In this document: piece by piece, positions 24,478-37,519 of the stretch
Position numbering within the stretch: position 1 is the first letter of the stretch
Layout of the letters: each line of letters begins with the position of its first letter
From: Trichosphaerium sp. ATCC 40318
Taxonomy: Eukaryota; Protista; Tubulinea
NCBI GenBank assembly: GCA_038496445.1
Contig: JALMLS010000480.1
Span: 186,001-250,000 of the forward strand
Direction: 5' to 3'
Length of the DNA stretch: 64,000 nt
Program-made: the position numbers and the translations under genes
The notes under the pieces: generated by a model
Databases searched by the model: none
Seen by the model: the letters and a program-made list of their open reading frames with translations, nothing else
Told to the model about the DNA's origin: nothing

Positions 24478-26932
24478 ATGAGCGTCATTGCGAAGATTTC
24501 TAGGCGGTCACGCATAAATGGATCGTTATATGGCCTAGCATACGGTGGTAAGTTTATTAAATTAATAATACGTTTTATTTTGTTTTTGAACACTAAGAAA
24601 CCGCAAGTTTACATCGTTGAGTTCATATCATGTTTTTTTTGATTACTGCGAACTTGTTTTTATTTAAATCGCTACGATTACGCCACCTACGCTTAAAATG
24701 AGCGCAAGCGTTGTTATTTTTTAAGTTTTAGTACGCATTGTACTAAGGACGTTGACAGATGCTTACGGATGTCAACTTGATGGATGGTTGCCACAAGAGG
24801 TAAAGCTAGCTTACGGAGAGGGTGGGTATGACTTGCCATTGGATCATGACTGGGAGAAGTTAAAAAACATGGATAAAAGGGTGCAACACCGTTACTGTCG
24901 CAAAATTAAACCTCTGGGGTACTGAACAAATCGCTAAATGTGTTTTTGTCTTTTCGTTACGCCAATTTCGTTTTTGCTTGCAGAAAGTACTTCTATTGTA
25001 AGAGTACATAGATTACGTTGTGGTTGCGGGCGTCGAAAACGAAAAACATAACTGCTGATTGACAATAATTTTTGTATTTTCGAAGATTTTCTGATTGTGA
25101 AGTTCTAAAGCACTAACTTCTCTTGCAAAGGGTCTATACAATCACCACACAACAAGCCCTTACTCTTACATCTCTTTGTTTAAGAAACGGTTTCTCTGCT
25201 CGTGGAATGGCTTCTCATCTATGTAATGGTGTAAAACATCGGTAAGCTTATTTTATGGATATTTTTTTATATTTTCATCAAAAACTTTTTTGGTGCTCAT
25301 CTAATATAACCCAGAGCTTGGAGGACACCATCACGTACATTCCAGAAATTGGTTTCAAATCTATCAGTTATCACAGCCTCTCCTACAGAGAGTGGCATAA
25401 TGAGAAACTCCTTAGGTTAGTTACAATTGAATTTTTTTTTTCAAAATAATTTTTTTTGGCTTTAAATGCCACTTTGTTGTGCAGTCTTTTTGCGGAACAA
25501 CTCAGGAATTTATAGGAATCCTATGCCATTGTTTTTGATCTTATTTTTATTTGATGTGGCTACTTAGGCCGATCAATTATGACTTACTTTTTTATTTTTA
25601 GAAGCTGGTGCCAGAATAGGACCTATTGGTGCATTGTACTTTGATGATCCTGAACAACTAGAAAATGTGTCTATAGAGTCTAGTCTAGTATCTCATTCAT
25701 ATCTTGTCAGTGCCTCTTATGCTTATGGTAAGCGTTCTTGAAATCCTTTTTTTTTTTTTTTTTGATTCAGATACCATCTTTTGTTTTCAGTTTTTTTTTC
25801 GATTCCTAAATCAGCTTTATCGCCTACACTTCTCCTATCTATTAAAAAACCCCACTGCACTCGTTATGTTTTAATTCTATCTTGTGAGGTGAAAAGGAGA
25901 AAGGGATAGACATAATTCTCCTTTTTCTTTTTTGTTCAATTTTATTAACTTTTTTTTGAATAGCTGTTGCTTGGGTTGTTTCTCAGTTTGTGCAAGAAAA
26001 AAGTGTTGAAGAAATTAGAAACGGTTTAGTACCTGCTGTAAGATCAGTTGAAGAATCATGGGAAAGACGTAGGCAGCCATGGCGGTATAGCTCTGATGTA
26101 AAACTCTCAAGTACAACAAATTAGCTTTTGTTTTTGTTTTTTTTTATTTTATCAGCTTGCGTTCTTTGAAATAAGCTGGGTTATATATTGATTTGGGTTG
26201 CTTACTCATGGTTTACAGTTACAAAAAATTTCGAAGAGCTTTTAAAAAATAGCAACGACTGGAGCGATGTTGAACATATTCGAGGATTGTGTGATAGTAA
26301 AGAAAATCCTAATCAAGATTGGATTAGTCAAGGAGGCTTACATGCTCTTGCTATGGCTCTTATGTCTGATATTGAACCTAAAGATATGTTAAAAGATGTT
26401 GCTAATCTTGGGTATGAGTTTTTTTGCCATCTTTTATCATAGTGATTGACAACACGATAAAAAACTCTAAATCTGTATTTTTTTGGACACTTTTTCAATT
26501 GTTATCTCCTAACTTTTTACGTCATTGAAAGTTCTTTTCACTTTTCTGTTAGTACTAATATCGTGGAAGAAAAAAACATTGTGCATAATGTCAAAAAAAC
26601 TTGTTCAAATTTTTTATCGCACCTTCTTTTTTTTCTCATTTTTTTCTTGTTTGTTTTTTACCTAACCATTGTTTTCGCTTAGTGGCTCTTCCTCTCATGT
26701 TTGTTCTGTTATTGGAAGTATATTAGGTGCAAGATTTGGTGATGAATGGATTGAAAAGAAACGGATAGAAAACCACCAACAATTTGAACAATATTGTGAT
26801 GGCATAGCAAAAAAAAGTGCAGAAGAATTAGAATTTCTTGATAAGTTTTTTGAACGTGAAAGGAATTCTATTACAGAGACTAATAGATGGGCAGCTAAAA
26901 TAAAAGAACATTTTGGTATGATAGTACGCTGA
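24478..26932 (+). CDS. ADP-ribosylglycohydrolase (ARH/DraG-fold) family protein with degenerate metal-binding motifs
   Basis: RINGSLYGLAYG|DAYG, KPLG|VYTITTQQAL, AGARIGPIGALY, SSLVSH, NLG|GSSSHVCSVIGSILGARFG. Confidence 0.85.
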
Positions 26933-27169
26933 GTCTAAGAAAAAAAAGAAATCAAAAAAAAAAAAAAGAAAAAAATCTTCAAATAAAATAAGCAAAACTT
27001 TACCTCCTTCTCTTTACCTTCCACTCTGTGATTTCTGAACAGTTGCAACTCATAAGACAAGACAGATACTAGTTAGAATAGAACCAAAGTCAACATTTGA
27101 TTAGTGTATCTTGTGCCAACCTACAATCAGATTTTTTAGCTCGTATTCTATTTCCTCCAAAACCGTTAT

Positions 27170-29511
27170 TCGAATAATAAGGTGTACACTATTGAACTAT
27201 TTTACTGTAAGAAATTGTAACAGGCATAGCATTAAACACAATTTCAGGTATCATACATACTATCTGTTCCAAGAGCAGAACTATTGTTCAAAGCCTCACG
27301 TTTTTGCGACATTATGTGCACCTAAAGCTTTAAGACCTTTTTTTTTTTGTCACGTGTACAATAAATTGATTTGAGACACCACTTAAAACCAGGTTCAGTT
27401 GAAAACACCAACAAAGAAAGCTAGCTAGCTGTCTAACTGAAAATAGAGCGTGATATTTCTGGAATTGGTAATTGTAATGGATGTACACCTGCAAGCTGTT
27501 TCAAAGCACTATTAGTGATATCATATCCTTGGCATTGCTTTGAGATTTTGCATAAAAGGAACCAAGAAAAAAGCAAAGTTGTGTTAAACTCACGTATTGT
27601 GATCGTTGGTCCTACTCTGCATAGACTATTGCGGCATGTATATGAAGATGTGCCTAAAGGCAATAATAACAGCTACTTGAGGCACAGTAGTTGGTGGTAA
27701 TTGAGTAACCGTTTTATTGGTTTTTGACTTTATTTCTGTTTCATTGATATGTTTCTGTGGGTTATTATAAAGATATCTTTACTATATACGATATACTTGA
27801 TGACATTATCCTTGAGAATAAAATGAGACTTTTTTCTAAAGGGACATGGATAATTCTTGATGATGATAAGTGTTCTGGTAATTTAATAAATGTACTCAGA
27901 CGCAGTTTGATAATACAACTAAAAATATAAAGTAAGCGAGTTTTCAAACCGAAAAAAATACTCCTCAAAGCCGCTCTCTGTGTGTACCCTGTTTTAGTGT
28001 ATATCTTGAATAAAGTGCCTTCTCTATTTACAATATATATATCGTACTTGGCATCTAGTGAAGCAATGAATAGTGGAAAAAACTACAGACTCGTGTTTGT
28101 TCTGTGAAAAATAAAAAAAAACTTTTGCTGTTTGTTCGAACAATTGAGTAGGTGTAGAGTGATCACACAATTTATAGATGTGCTATAATTGATGATGAAA
28201 TTAAAGAAAAAAAAGGGAGTACCTAAACCAAAGTCGGACATGACACCCATGTTTAGATGTGATGTCTTTTGATTGTACAGATATTTATATGTATTACTGT
28301 TCAAGTTGAGCTCAACAACACAATCTTTTCCCATGGCATACATAATATTTGAATGTGCATAACATATTCGCAATGGTATGAATGGAAGTCCAATGGCGTT
28401 GTATCCAAACATTTTAGATGCAAACCGAAGCTGGTATGCAATCCATGTCATTCTTAAAAAATTCCGAATCAGTAATTTTTTTGAAGCTTTTTTTTTGGTG
28501 TTTCTATCACGTACTGGTTGTTTTTCAAATTTATTTTTGTTATCACATCGCCACAATTAACATCTTTCGTTATACATATGAGATTTTCCTATGATTAAGT
28601 AAGCAATGATTGTTACCATGCCTTCAACAAAAAAAATTTCAATGAAAATGATCTCAACTAAAACAGTACGTCATCATCAAGGCACATATCTATAATTCTT
28701 GAAACTTTCTTTTTACCGTAAAATTCAATATCTAAAGTAGAAACTTGTTTTGTATTTAGGTCTATAGAGCGTAAACGTTTAGGGAAATCTTCTGCTGCAT
28801 AAATCACTCTATTTTTAGTGCAAACACATCCAGTCAATGATCGAAACTGTGCCTCGCTCATATCACCATCTTTGCTTCCTGATTCACCATTTCCAGTTAT
28901 TGTAAATAATCCAGGGTCATCACCAAAGTATAACTTACGTATACACTCTCTATTAAAGTCCGTAAAAATCACCTAAACAAGAAATCAAAAAAAAAACAGC
29001 AAAAAAACACAAACACGTGCTTAACTCTATTTTTATTTCAACGGTTTATGTGAACCGCAGAAAGTTCAATATGAGTTTCGCCGTTTGAATGGTAGTCTCT
29101 ATAGACCACAAAACCGCTTTTTTGCTTGTTTTCAGTTAATGTACGTACAGAGCCGTCAGTATCAAGCGTGGCGCCTCGAGTACACGATATCTGTGCTCCT
29201 CTCGACAAAGGTCCATCACTCAAACCTAAAATAATAAATATACAATACGCGCTTTAAACGCCAAAATACTTGCCTGACTTCTTATCCTTTAGTAATTCAG
29301 TAATTTTAAACACCTTTTGCATGTCCTAACAAAATAATAAGCGAAAAACCGTTAAAGGCGGTCGTACTCTGCCTTCGCGTGTAAGACTAATGAGCTTACG
29401 CGATACAGTGCTAAAACAACACATTTTCAGTGTTATTGTTGTATCCATTGTACCAATCATACATATAAGCTCTGGGGGCAGGTCAAGAAACAAACGCGCA
29501 GCATTGGCCAT
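27170..29511 (-). CDS. F-box + NHL-repeat (beta-propeller) protein; 3' end approximate
   Basis: FLDLPPELICMIG; NHL-like GLSDGPL...LDTDGS|VIFTDFNRECIRKL and TITGNGESGSKDGDMSEAQF...PKRLRSIDL. Downstream exons only partly resolved. Confidence 0.7.
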
Positions 29512-29882
29512 TGTTAGTTAATCACTAAGCGAAAACAATGTAGCTTAAATCCCTTAAGCCGTAAAAGTAAGCGACCGGCACTCTGACGCTATTTCTGAGC
29601 TCTCCAACGACCTTGCTAGTAGAACCTTCACTGAATGCCATTTCAGAGTTAAAACGGCCAGTAATGTCGGCATCCACTAAACATTTCCGCTTTGCGGCAA
29701 AAAAGCCGAATATTGTGCGAGTTTCCTGTATTTTAGAGCGCTTTTTACAAAGAAAACTCGCAATTTTTTTTGCTTTTTTGCTTCTCTCACAACGCCCCTG
29801 GAACGCACACAAATAGTCAAACTTGTCTCTTCTACGCATGTAAATCCCATACAGAGGCGGAAACGTTTAAGGGGATGTCGAC

Positions 29883-30083
29883 ATGTACGTTATTGGTGAA
29901 ACAAATGGCCACTGCAACAGCTTGGTAAGAAAACAGCTCTATTGACAAGAAGTTTGATGGTGTCAATCTTAAAGAAATGTATGCTCTTGATAAAATGAAT
30001 GGCGAGTACAAGAAATGGGTTGAAAATGGACAACTCAATACACGAATGTTAGAACCTCACTCCACATTTTTTTACCTAGAATA
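29883..30083 (+). pseudogene. Relic of a MORN-variant repeat gene
   Basis: KEMYALDKMNGEYKKWVENGQL preceded by a broken repeat (YVIGETNGHC / AW*EN) with a stop and a frame change. Confidence 0.55.
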
Positions 30084-30439
30084 GGCGGTTGTCCTTTTTG
30101 GAACAACACGTTAGACCAGTCCTCTGACCACCAATAAGCAAAGCGAAGGAACTACATTCTAAGTTAGGAAGTACGCCAAACTTGGTCATACAAAATAATG
30201 CAGGCGGGAAGCTCCTCTTGTTTTTGATAGCACAGGTACTAGAGTATCCAGTTTATGTATAATCCGAGAGTACTTTTGTAATTTATGCTAAGAGTAGCAA
30301 TTCACGTGATCGCTATCAGCAGTGACCTTTTGAACAGTAATAACATAATAAAGCGGTTCGTGTTGGTTACATTTTTATTCATTGATTTCAATCAATCTAC
30401 AAGCTTCGCTGTATTATACCCTGTAAGGCGTGTATGAGC

Positions 30440-30753
30440 CTACGTGGAACCAGAGCGCCATACTAGTTACACCAGTCAGGGCAAAAAGATGTCGGTCTTT
30501 TGCTGTGGAGGTTTTTGAACTCACACTGCATTTTTTCGACATTGGCTGACTCATCTGTTACATCAGACTCAGAGGAGTCTTGAAAGTTACCTTCTTCTTT
30601 TAAAAACGGGCGCAGTGGTACTTTGCTTGTTCGTTGTTCTGGAACTGCTCCTCTGGAAGGTAGTATACTAACAAAACAAACTAGTGTGAATGATTGAAAC
30701 AAAATAAAAAACTGCTTACGTGTCATCACAATATGTTTCTTCAGAGCATCCAT
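30440..30753 (-). CDS. Small putative secreted protein
   Basis: Hydrophobic leader then an acidic spacer; a GTGAGT...CTGAC...TAG intron gives the C-terminus ...VEKMQLWRSGST*. Confidence 0.4.
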
Positions 30754-32916
30754 TGTTTATGTTAGGGTTTGCAAATCCAGTATTAAAGGTGTTTTTCATA
30801 GGAGCTACTGGACGTTTTGGAATACCTAAATACTTATTATATCAACAACACAACAAAGGTATCGGCTTTAAAAACCAACGAAGTTTGCAACATACAATGG
30901 GGTACATAATTATCAATGCTGATTGATGAAAAGTCGGTTCTTCTTGGATCTACGAAACTCCCTGTATGACCTAAATAGTCGTTTAATACAACGCACACTA
31001 AACCAAAATCAGGGTACGTCTTGGAATATAAGAAGGATCCTGTCTATGATCTACTGGTAGCTCTGAGTAGTAACCTAAATACTTGTCATTACCAAACCTA
31101 AACAGATGACAATGTACGTTTTGGCGTTGTGAAAGGCTTGAAGTCGTTGTTACTGGCGACTTTAGGGGCCAGGATATTGCCTGGGTGACGTAAGTAGCCG
31201 CCTAGAATAGTTATTTCAAACATCAAAAAAGATACTTCATACCTCGTTGTTCACTCAAATCATGATTGTTATCTTCTCTACAGTCCATAAAGCTCTCTGG
31301 GTGATCTAAGCAAGTATTAAGCAACATGCTTAGGGGTTTTTTGGAAGTGTAAATACGAGGTGTTTCGTAGAAAACAGCTAACATCGTACTCCTAGTAGGT
31401 TTGTTCTTTCGTCTGAGATCTACAAAACTCTCTGTGTTACCTAAATACCTTGTTATACTATAAAACGAAAGAATAATAGCGTACTCCATGGTGCGCTCAT
31501 ATCAGGGATTGTTGTTGTTTAATATACTGCGAGCTGCTTTGTTTACAATGTATACTGAGTTAACGTTTTAAATTACTTTTCTTTGATTGATTGATATCTT
31601 TTCGTATCAAATTGGCGTACTAGTACTAGATTTACAATTAAAGCAGCCTGTGTATTAATTTGTGTCCATACAATATTTAGTTTTGTGGTGACAAATATTT
31701 AGCGTTCGGTAACCTCATTAGCACCAAAAGTCGTAAGCGGACTTTGAACAAAATCATTTACCATTTTGGGTATCTACATTAATCCCATTTCATGACCATG
31801 AGATTTTTGTTTATCACTGTTAGCATGCAGTTGGTTTGATCAACCAAAGTGCGTTTTGTTTACCTGCTGCACCTGTCACACAAAATATGACATGGAAAAA
31901 GTTTACGGAAAAATTTTGAATTTCTCTATTCCAAAAGTGACAGACTGACAATTTATAAGGTCACTTCTGTTCGTGAGATAATGCTTAACAGACAATATTG
32001 CTTATTATTATTGCATGAATACGTGACCAGAAGACATAGATCCATAATTGCACGTAATACTTTGATTAAAATTCAAATGCCTTTGCAAAAAGTACGAGCA
32101 ATCTCACTTTTAGCAGTACTGGTATTACAGTTGAAGTTTAAAATCACTGTCATATGCTCATATAAAGCATCAAATCACATGGGTCTCTATTCCCAACAGT
32201 GTAAATCTAGCCACACATATATTCGGCTAATCGCTTAAAACTAAAGTTCAGAATCTCTTCTGCTGCTTTGCTGATGTAGGATACTGGTATTGACTTCTTT
32301 CACCACAAGATAAGTAGAACCGTCCTTCCAAACACGGAAAGTACATTAAGCACACCTGGCGACCCTTTTGAGGAGCGTGACAATTTTTATGTTTGGTTGA
32401 AAAAACGTGTTCACAAAAAACATTATTTGGGCAATTCTTGTACATTGTCTGCACGCTTCTAAAGGATTCAATTGTCACAATCCAAGTGGTTTAGAGCCTT
32501 CTAAACAATACACGCGGTCCTTTTATCCAATTTCTACCCATAGAGCCGTGTTTGAGATAGTTTTACCCTCAGGGGCACGTAAATGCTTACACTCGTCTCT
32601 GGATGTTGTTATGGAGCAGTAGATGGCGGTAGAACGATAACACGTGGGAATCACATTGACTGGCTTTGGGCTTCTGCGCCGTATCTTGGGGTAGTCTTCG
32701 AGTTTAAGCCAGGGCATTCTAGTTTCGATACATCAAAGAACGACCACGTACAATCTTAGAAAAGGTAATTTCTAGCAGTGGCAATACACTGAACCTTAGG
32801 TACGTACAAAGGCATAAACGCACAATCTTGCCCAAAAAATTAATCTGTTTTTTAATTATTTCCAAACTAACTAGTTTGTAGTTTGAACGCCTTCATTACC
32901 ACCTGAATAAAACGTG

Positions 32917-34181
32917 ATGTTTCGTATTCTATATTCGCTTTCTTTGCTACTTATATACACGAGCTATACACTAGGCGTGAGAATAAAAAATTTGAACGAT
33001 GCCATAAGCCACTGTGAGCAAACGCACGTGATTACTACATTATTTTCCGAAAATCGCTAATTTTTTTGTTTTCAGAAACCAGACACTACCAGAAGTACTC
33101 AGTATAGACGACTTTAATAAGTATAAGAACATGAGTCAAGCGTTGGGTGGAGACCATATGTGGCTTAATGTTAGAAACCGTAACGATGATCCGAACTACG
33201 TAACTAGTGTTTGTATACCTTGCCGAACAGATAACATGGGATGTGAGGATTGTAGGGTTGCGTTATCTTTTTTTAAATGGCTGGATAGTGGAAAGACTAT
33301 GATAACAAGTGACTTGTTTCTAAAGTCCGCAAATGGAAGCCTTCATGTGTATTTAAATAACTACTTTATGCCTCAGAATACTATTGGGCTAACAGCTAAA
33401 TGCATTAATATGCGTAATGCAGGTAAAGCATCATTAGGTCATTGGTTATTCAGCTATGATTTGTAGGGTTTCATTTCAGTCCTTGTGACACAAGAGGCGT
33501 AGTACAAGCCATTTGTGCTAATAACTGTTCGATGGACCCTCCACCAACAGATCCCTCATCAACTATTGCTCCACCGGTAACCGATGATGTGGTAATTAGT
33601 GAAATTTTCTATGTTGTCGGAACTTACATTACGCCTGGTACGATTTAGCATTACAAAAAATGATAAGAAAGTAATGTGAGTTTAGGAGATGTACTATTTT
33701 TGGAGAATACCATAATCTCTGTCGTGTCAAACTCTTCAATATTAATAGGAGGATGTCCTACTTTTAGTAAGAATATAGTTATTGACATAGATGAATTATT
33801 AGAACAAACAGGATCGTTTACCTTGATGAATTTCCAAGAAAATTGTGAGATTGCTCGAGAAAATATCAAGCTATCAGATACAAGTAATGCATGCCTCAAG
33901 CAGAGTACGTGTTGTTTCGAAGAAAGTTACTTATTGTTGTTTCTCTTTGATTCTTACTCTTTTACATAGCACGTGGAAAGTTGCTTATCTTGTTTTCTTC
34001 ATCTTGTACATCCCTATCAAAGACAACTTCAGATTTTCCGATAGTACCTGTAGTTGTTGCAATCGTATTGGTTGTTCTTGTTGTGATTGTGATACTGTTG
34101 TTAGCATTTTTTGTACCTTTATCTTCAGTTTGTCCATGTAAAAAAGAAGTTAGAGAAGAGAACCAAACAATGACAGCATAA
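32917..34181 (+). CDS. Type I membrane protein with a C-type-lectin-like domain
   Basis: Signal peptide; DAISHCEQT|NQTLPEV, MWLNV, FKWLDSG, CINMRNAG..FSPCD...AIC; Pro/Thr stalk; TM helix IVPVVVAIVLVVLVVIVILLLAFFV; short tail. Confidence 0.75.
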
Positions 34182-34407
34182 CTAATAAAGACTGTGAATG
34201 TAACTTTCTGGTGTATCTGCAATCATATAAACATATAAAACTATGGTTGTCCTCCTCAACAGGATTTATGATAGCTCCAATTCTAGGTGGGATCATAAAT
34301 AGTAGATGTAAAGAACTCTCAAAAACCACAGCTACAGATCAACAAATTTCTCAAAGGCTCTGCTCTAAAACTTGTACAACTATACTGAAACTTTTTTAAT
34401 TGACATT

Positions 34408-35963
34408 TTATGCAGGAAAGTTTTGCGGTTGGTAATCTTGTGCTGCATCTTGACGTGTCAGAACAGTATCAAAAAAATTAGGTGAATGATAGAATTCATG
34501 AGAAGGTAGAATATCTCTATTGAAAGCTTCCAAGTCACGTAAAAACCCAGTCTGTGTAACATTTCTAGCTTGGAAAATACCTTGCCTTGAGTCCCAAACA
34601 AATATACTTCTACCAGTATGATAAAGATCAATAAGCTCTGTATGCTGTACGCTAACTGCATGGTATCTATTCTCCTTCATATTGATCTTAATACCTATAC
34701 CTTGATACCCAACAGTGATGTAATTACGGCTTGTACTAAGCCCGTAAGGATACAGTTCAAGAGGAGCAGCAAAGAGAGTAGGTGTAACAATAGATATACC
34801 AACAAAGTTATCTATAAGAGTGTTATGAGTAACAACAGCTCTCACTGGACCGTTTAAAGATAAAGCTCCCTTTGGTAGACTTCCATCGTCAGTATCACGT
34901 TGACCATTGATATAATTGAATCTTATGTAGATGACATTTGCGTTTGCAACATAAACACCACATGACTTAGGATAATTGATAGTATTATGTTCAATTATGA
35001 CATCCGTAGGACGAATACCTCCTGTATGATAGGCTCCATCCTCATGTGTATCATCAATAACATAAGCGTTATGGTATACAAGAATACCATAGGCACCGCT
35101 ATCATTTGGTATCTCACTACTATACCCGGCACCAACAATGACATTGTTAGTTACAGTAAGATTTTTTACACCTACACAAGAAATAAATAAGAACCAATGC
35201 CTTCTTATATTGACTACGTACCACTCCAAGCGGCTAAAGCGCCCTTGATATACTGGGCTTGGAATCCGTTACCATCGATAACTATATCTTCGATAGTTCC
35301 ATTAGGAGAGGTCCGAGAACCAATCAAACCGATGCCAAATGCTGCTGAACCAATGTTGTCCGGATATTGAGCGTTCCCTGTCTTTGAATGGAACTGACAT
35401 CTTGTGATACTTAATTCACGTATCTTTAGCGTATCATGAAGATTTAATAATGATATCCAGTACGGTGCCATGAAGTTCTCAAAAGAGCAAGATGTTACTT
35501 TTATATTGACCATATCTTGACTTGGTACAGGAAATCCGTACGTCGCTACATTTGCACCGTCGTTATCGATAGTAAAGGAAATAGCGTTACCAACAGCGCC
35601 ACGTCCTTTAAAACCAATACTGGTAAAGAATACGTTGCCTGCAACGTTTCTTACGTGAAAAACGCTCGCAAAGCCCTGAGCGCCCGTTCCACCGATAATA
35701 AGCTGTGATATTGCAGCTCCGTCGCCATAAATATGTACTGGGCCGCGTATTACGAGACCTAGAGCGTTGTTTGCGTCGAAGTAGTATTGACCAGCAGGAA
35801 TGCGAAGATTGTTGTTTTGCGCTATAGCATCGTCTATTGCAGCTTGAAACGAGGCTGTATTGTCAGTAGAACCATCACCTAACGCTCCATAATCTAACAC
35901 GGAAAGTTGTGCTGAAATAGATACGCAGGTAATGCACAACAATATAATTAGTTGTGTTTGCAT
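34408..35963 (-). CDS. Secreted pectin-lyase-like right-handed beta-helix protein (Pectate_lyase_3-type N-terminus)
   Basis: Signal peptide; LSVLDYGALGDGSTDNTASFQAAID, IPAGQY, IYGDG; repeated 'V.I..N.I' coils; a single short intron (~35173-35222) joins the two long ORFs. Confidence 0.88.
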
Positions 35964-37519
35964 CACTAGAAGTGTTGTTTGCTTTTAGATTGAGCTATTT
36001 GAAATTGCTGGACTTGACAACTCTTACAGTAGTCTTTACGCAACTGTTAGGTGTAGTACTAGTCCGCTAACAATGCAATGTGAACGGCTTACAAAAAAGG
36101 AAACAATGGGCTTTTTCGGAAGAGAAATCCTGAAAAACAAACTTGTGTTAGATTTAGTGGTTGGTTTCCTACTATTGTATGAACTTATCTCTGAGCACAC
36201 TCAATAAAAGTCACCTGTTTCTGGTAGTTACGTATACACACCTCATAATCCTTACAGGAAATCTATTGTACAATTACACTACTTTGTTTTCTGATAATCC
36301 TGTCTTCATACATCAAGCTTGGTGTTCTTCGAGAAAAAAGTTTACCACGCAAACCTTCATTTGTATACGACTACTGAACTATCAAAGAAGTATCATGGGC
36401 TTTGCAAAGCTTATAAACCCATGTTCCTTATGGTCAGCCCCCTCCACAACCTCCCATAAATCCAACATTTCCTAAAAAACACGTGAGCCAAAAAAAACAA
36501 TTAATTAAGTTGAAACTGACCTAAGTCTCTTCTTCTTCTTGATGGTCCTGTTCTTGGAGTATATGTACGTCGTTGAGGTTCTTGTTTATCCCCAGAAGGC
36601 GTAGCGGTAGGGTTTATAAACGAATTGAAGCTTTGAGAGCGTAAATAGGCAGAAGTATCATGATAACACGTACAATAGCTGGAGGTGTTCGTAAAACGCC
36701 AAAATGATAGCGTATAAGTACGTCAACAATAAGTTAACGCTTTCTTTACTATTCCCATATTGTGTAGGTCCAGAGGTACCAATAGCTTTTACTTTACACT
36801 TTGAGCAACATAGAATGTTGTAAATCTCGTTTGGTGGAAGTATTTTGCCTTTATGTACTAGAACCATTATGTTAGTGTACTACAAACGTTTATAACGCGA
36901 ATAAAGGCGTTTTTGGTAATTTGTACTTGCGTAGCTTCAAGCGCCTAGTTGATACTCCAGTCGCTTTACAAATGCGCTTGTAAAGGTTCCAGGATGCTTC
37001 TTTTGGGTTGTATAATACCTACATTTACAATCAATACTAGAACGCTTTTTACAGTTATCATACATGATAGTTAGTACCCGAGTAACGAATGGTAATCTTT
37101 TCAGTCATAATACTGGTAGTGACTCAGCATGCCTGTAAAACACTTAACGATTCTTAAGCGGCAGAGATTTTCGACCTGGCACGTGGTGAAAACAATGCAA
37201 TGTGAGCTAAAAGTTTCCAGTAGCCACTGTACAAAGTTACGCAATGTATTTATGGAGTACTTTTTATCTCAAAGAAAACACGCGAAAACTAATCTTATGA
37301 ACAATTTTTGCTTTGCTTCATCAAGTATTTGAAATAGAGGGAGGGCTTAACAAGTTGTTTCAATAAACAATCACGTGGAATTTGTACCAGTAAATGTAAA
37401 TGTAAAAGATTGTTTCGTTGCTTTTTGACATTAGCACTGGAACATTTGCTACGCCTCCCTCATTCTTTCAAGACATTCCATGGAGTCCTTATTTCCTTGA
37501 GATAATGATTGTTTTATTT

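Noticed and set aside
30463-30530. Cys-containing toxin-like tail (QCEF...FCPDWCN)
   Set aside because: The segment has a GTGAGT donor, CTGAC branch site and TAG acceptor, so it is probably an intron.
36100-37070. Possible spliced gene on the minus strand
   Set aside because: Splice-like signals exist but I could not build a consistent reading frame.
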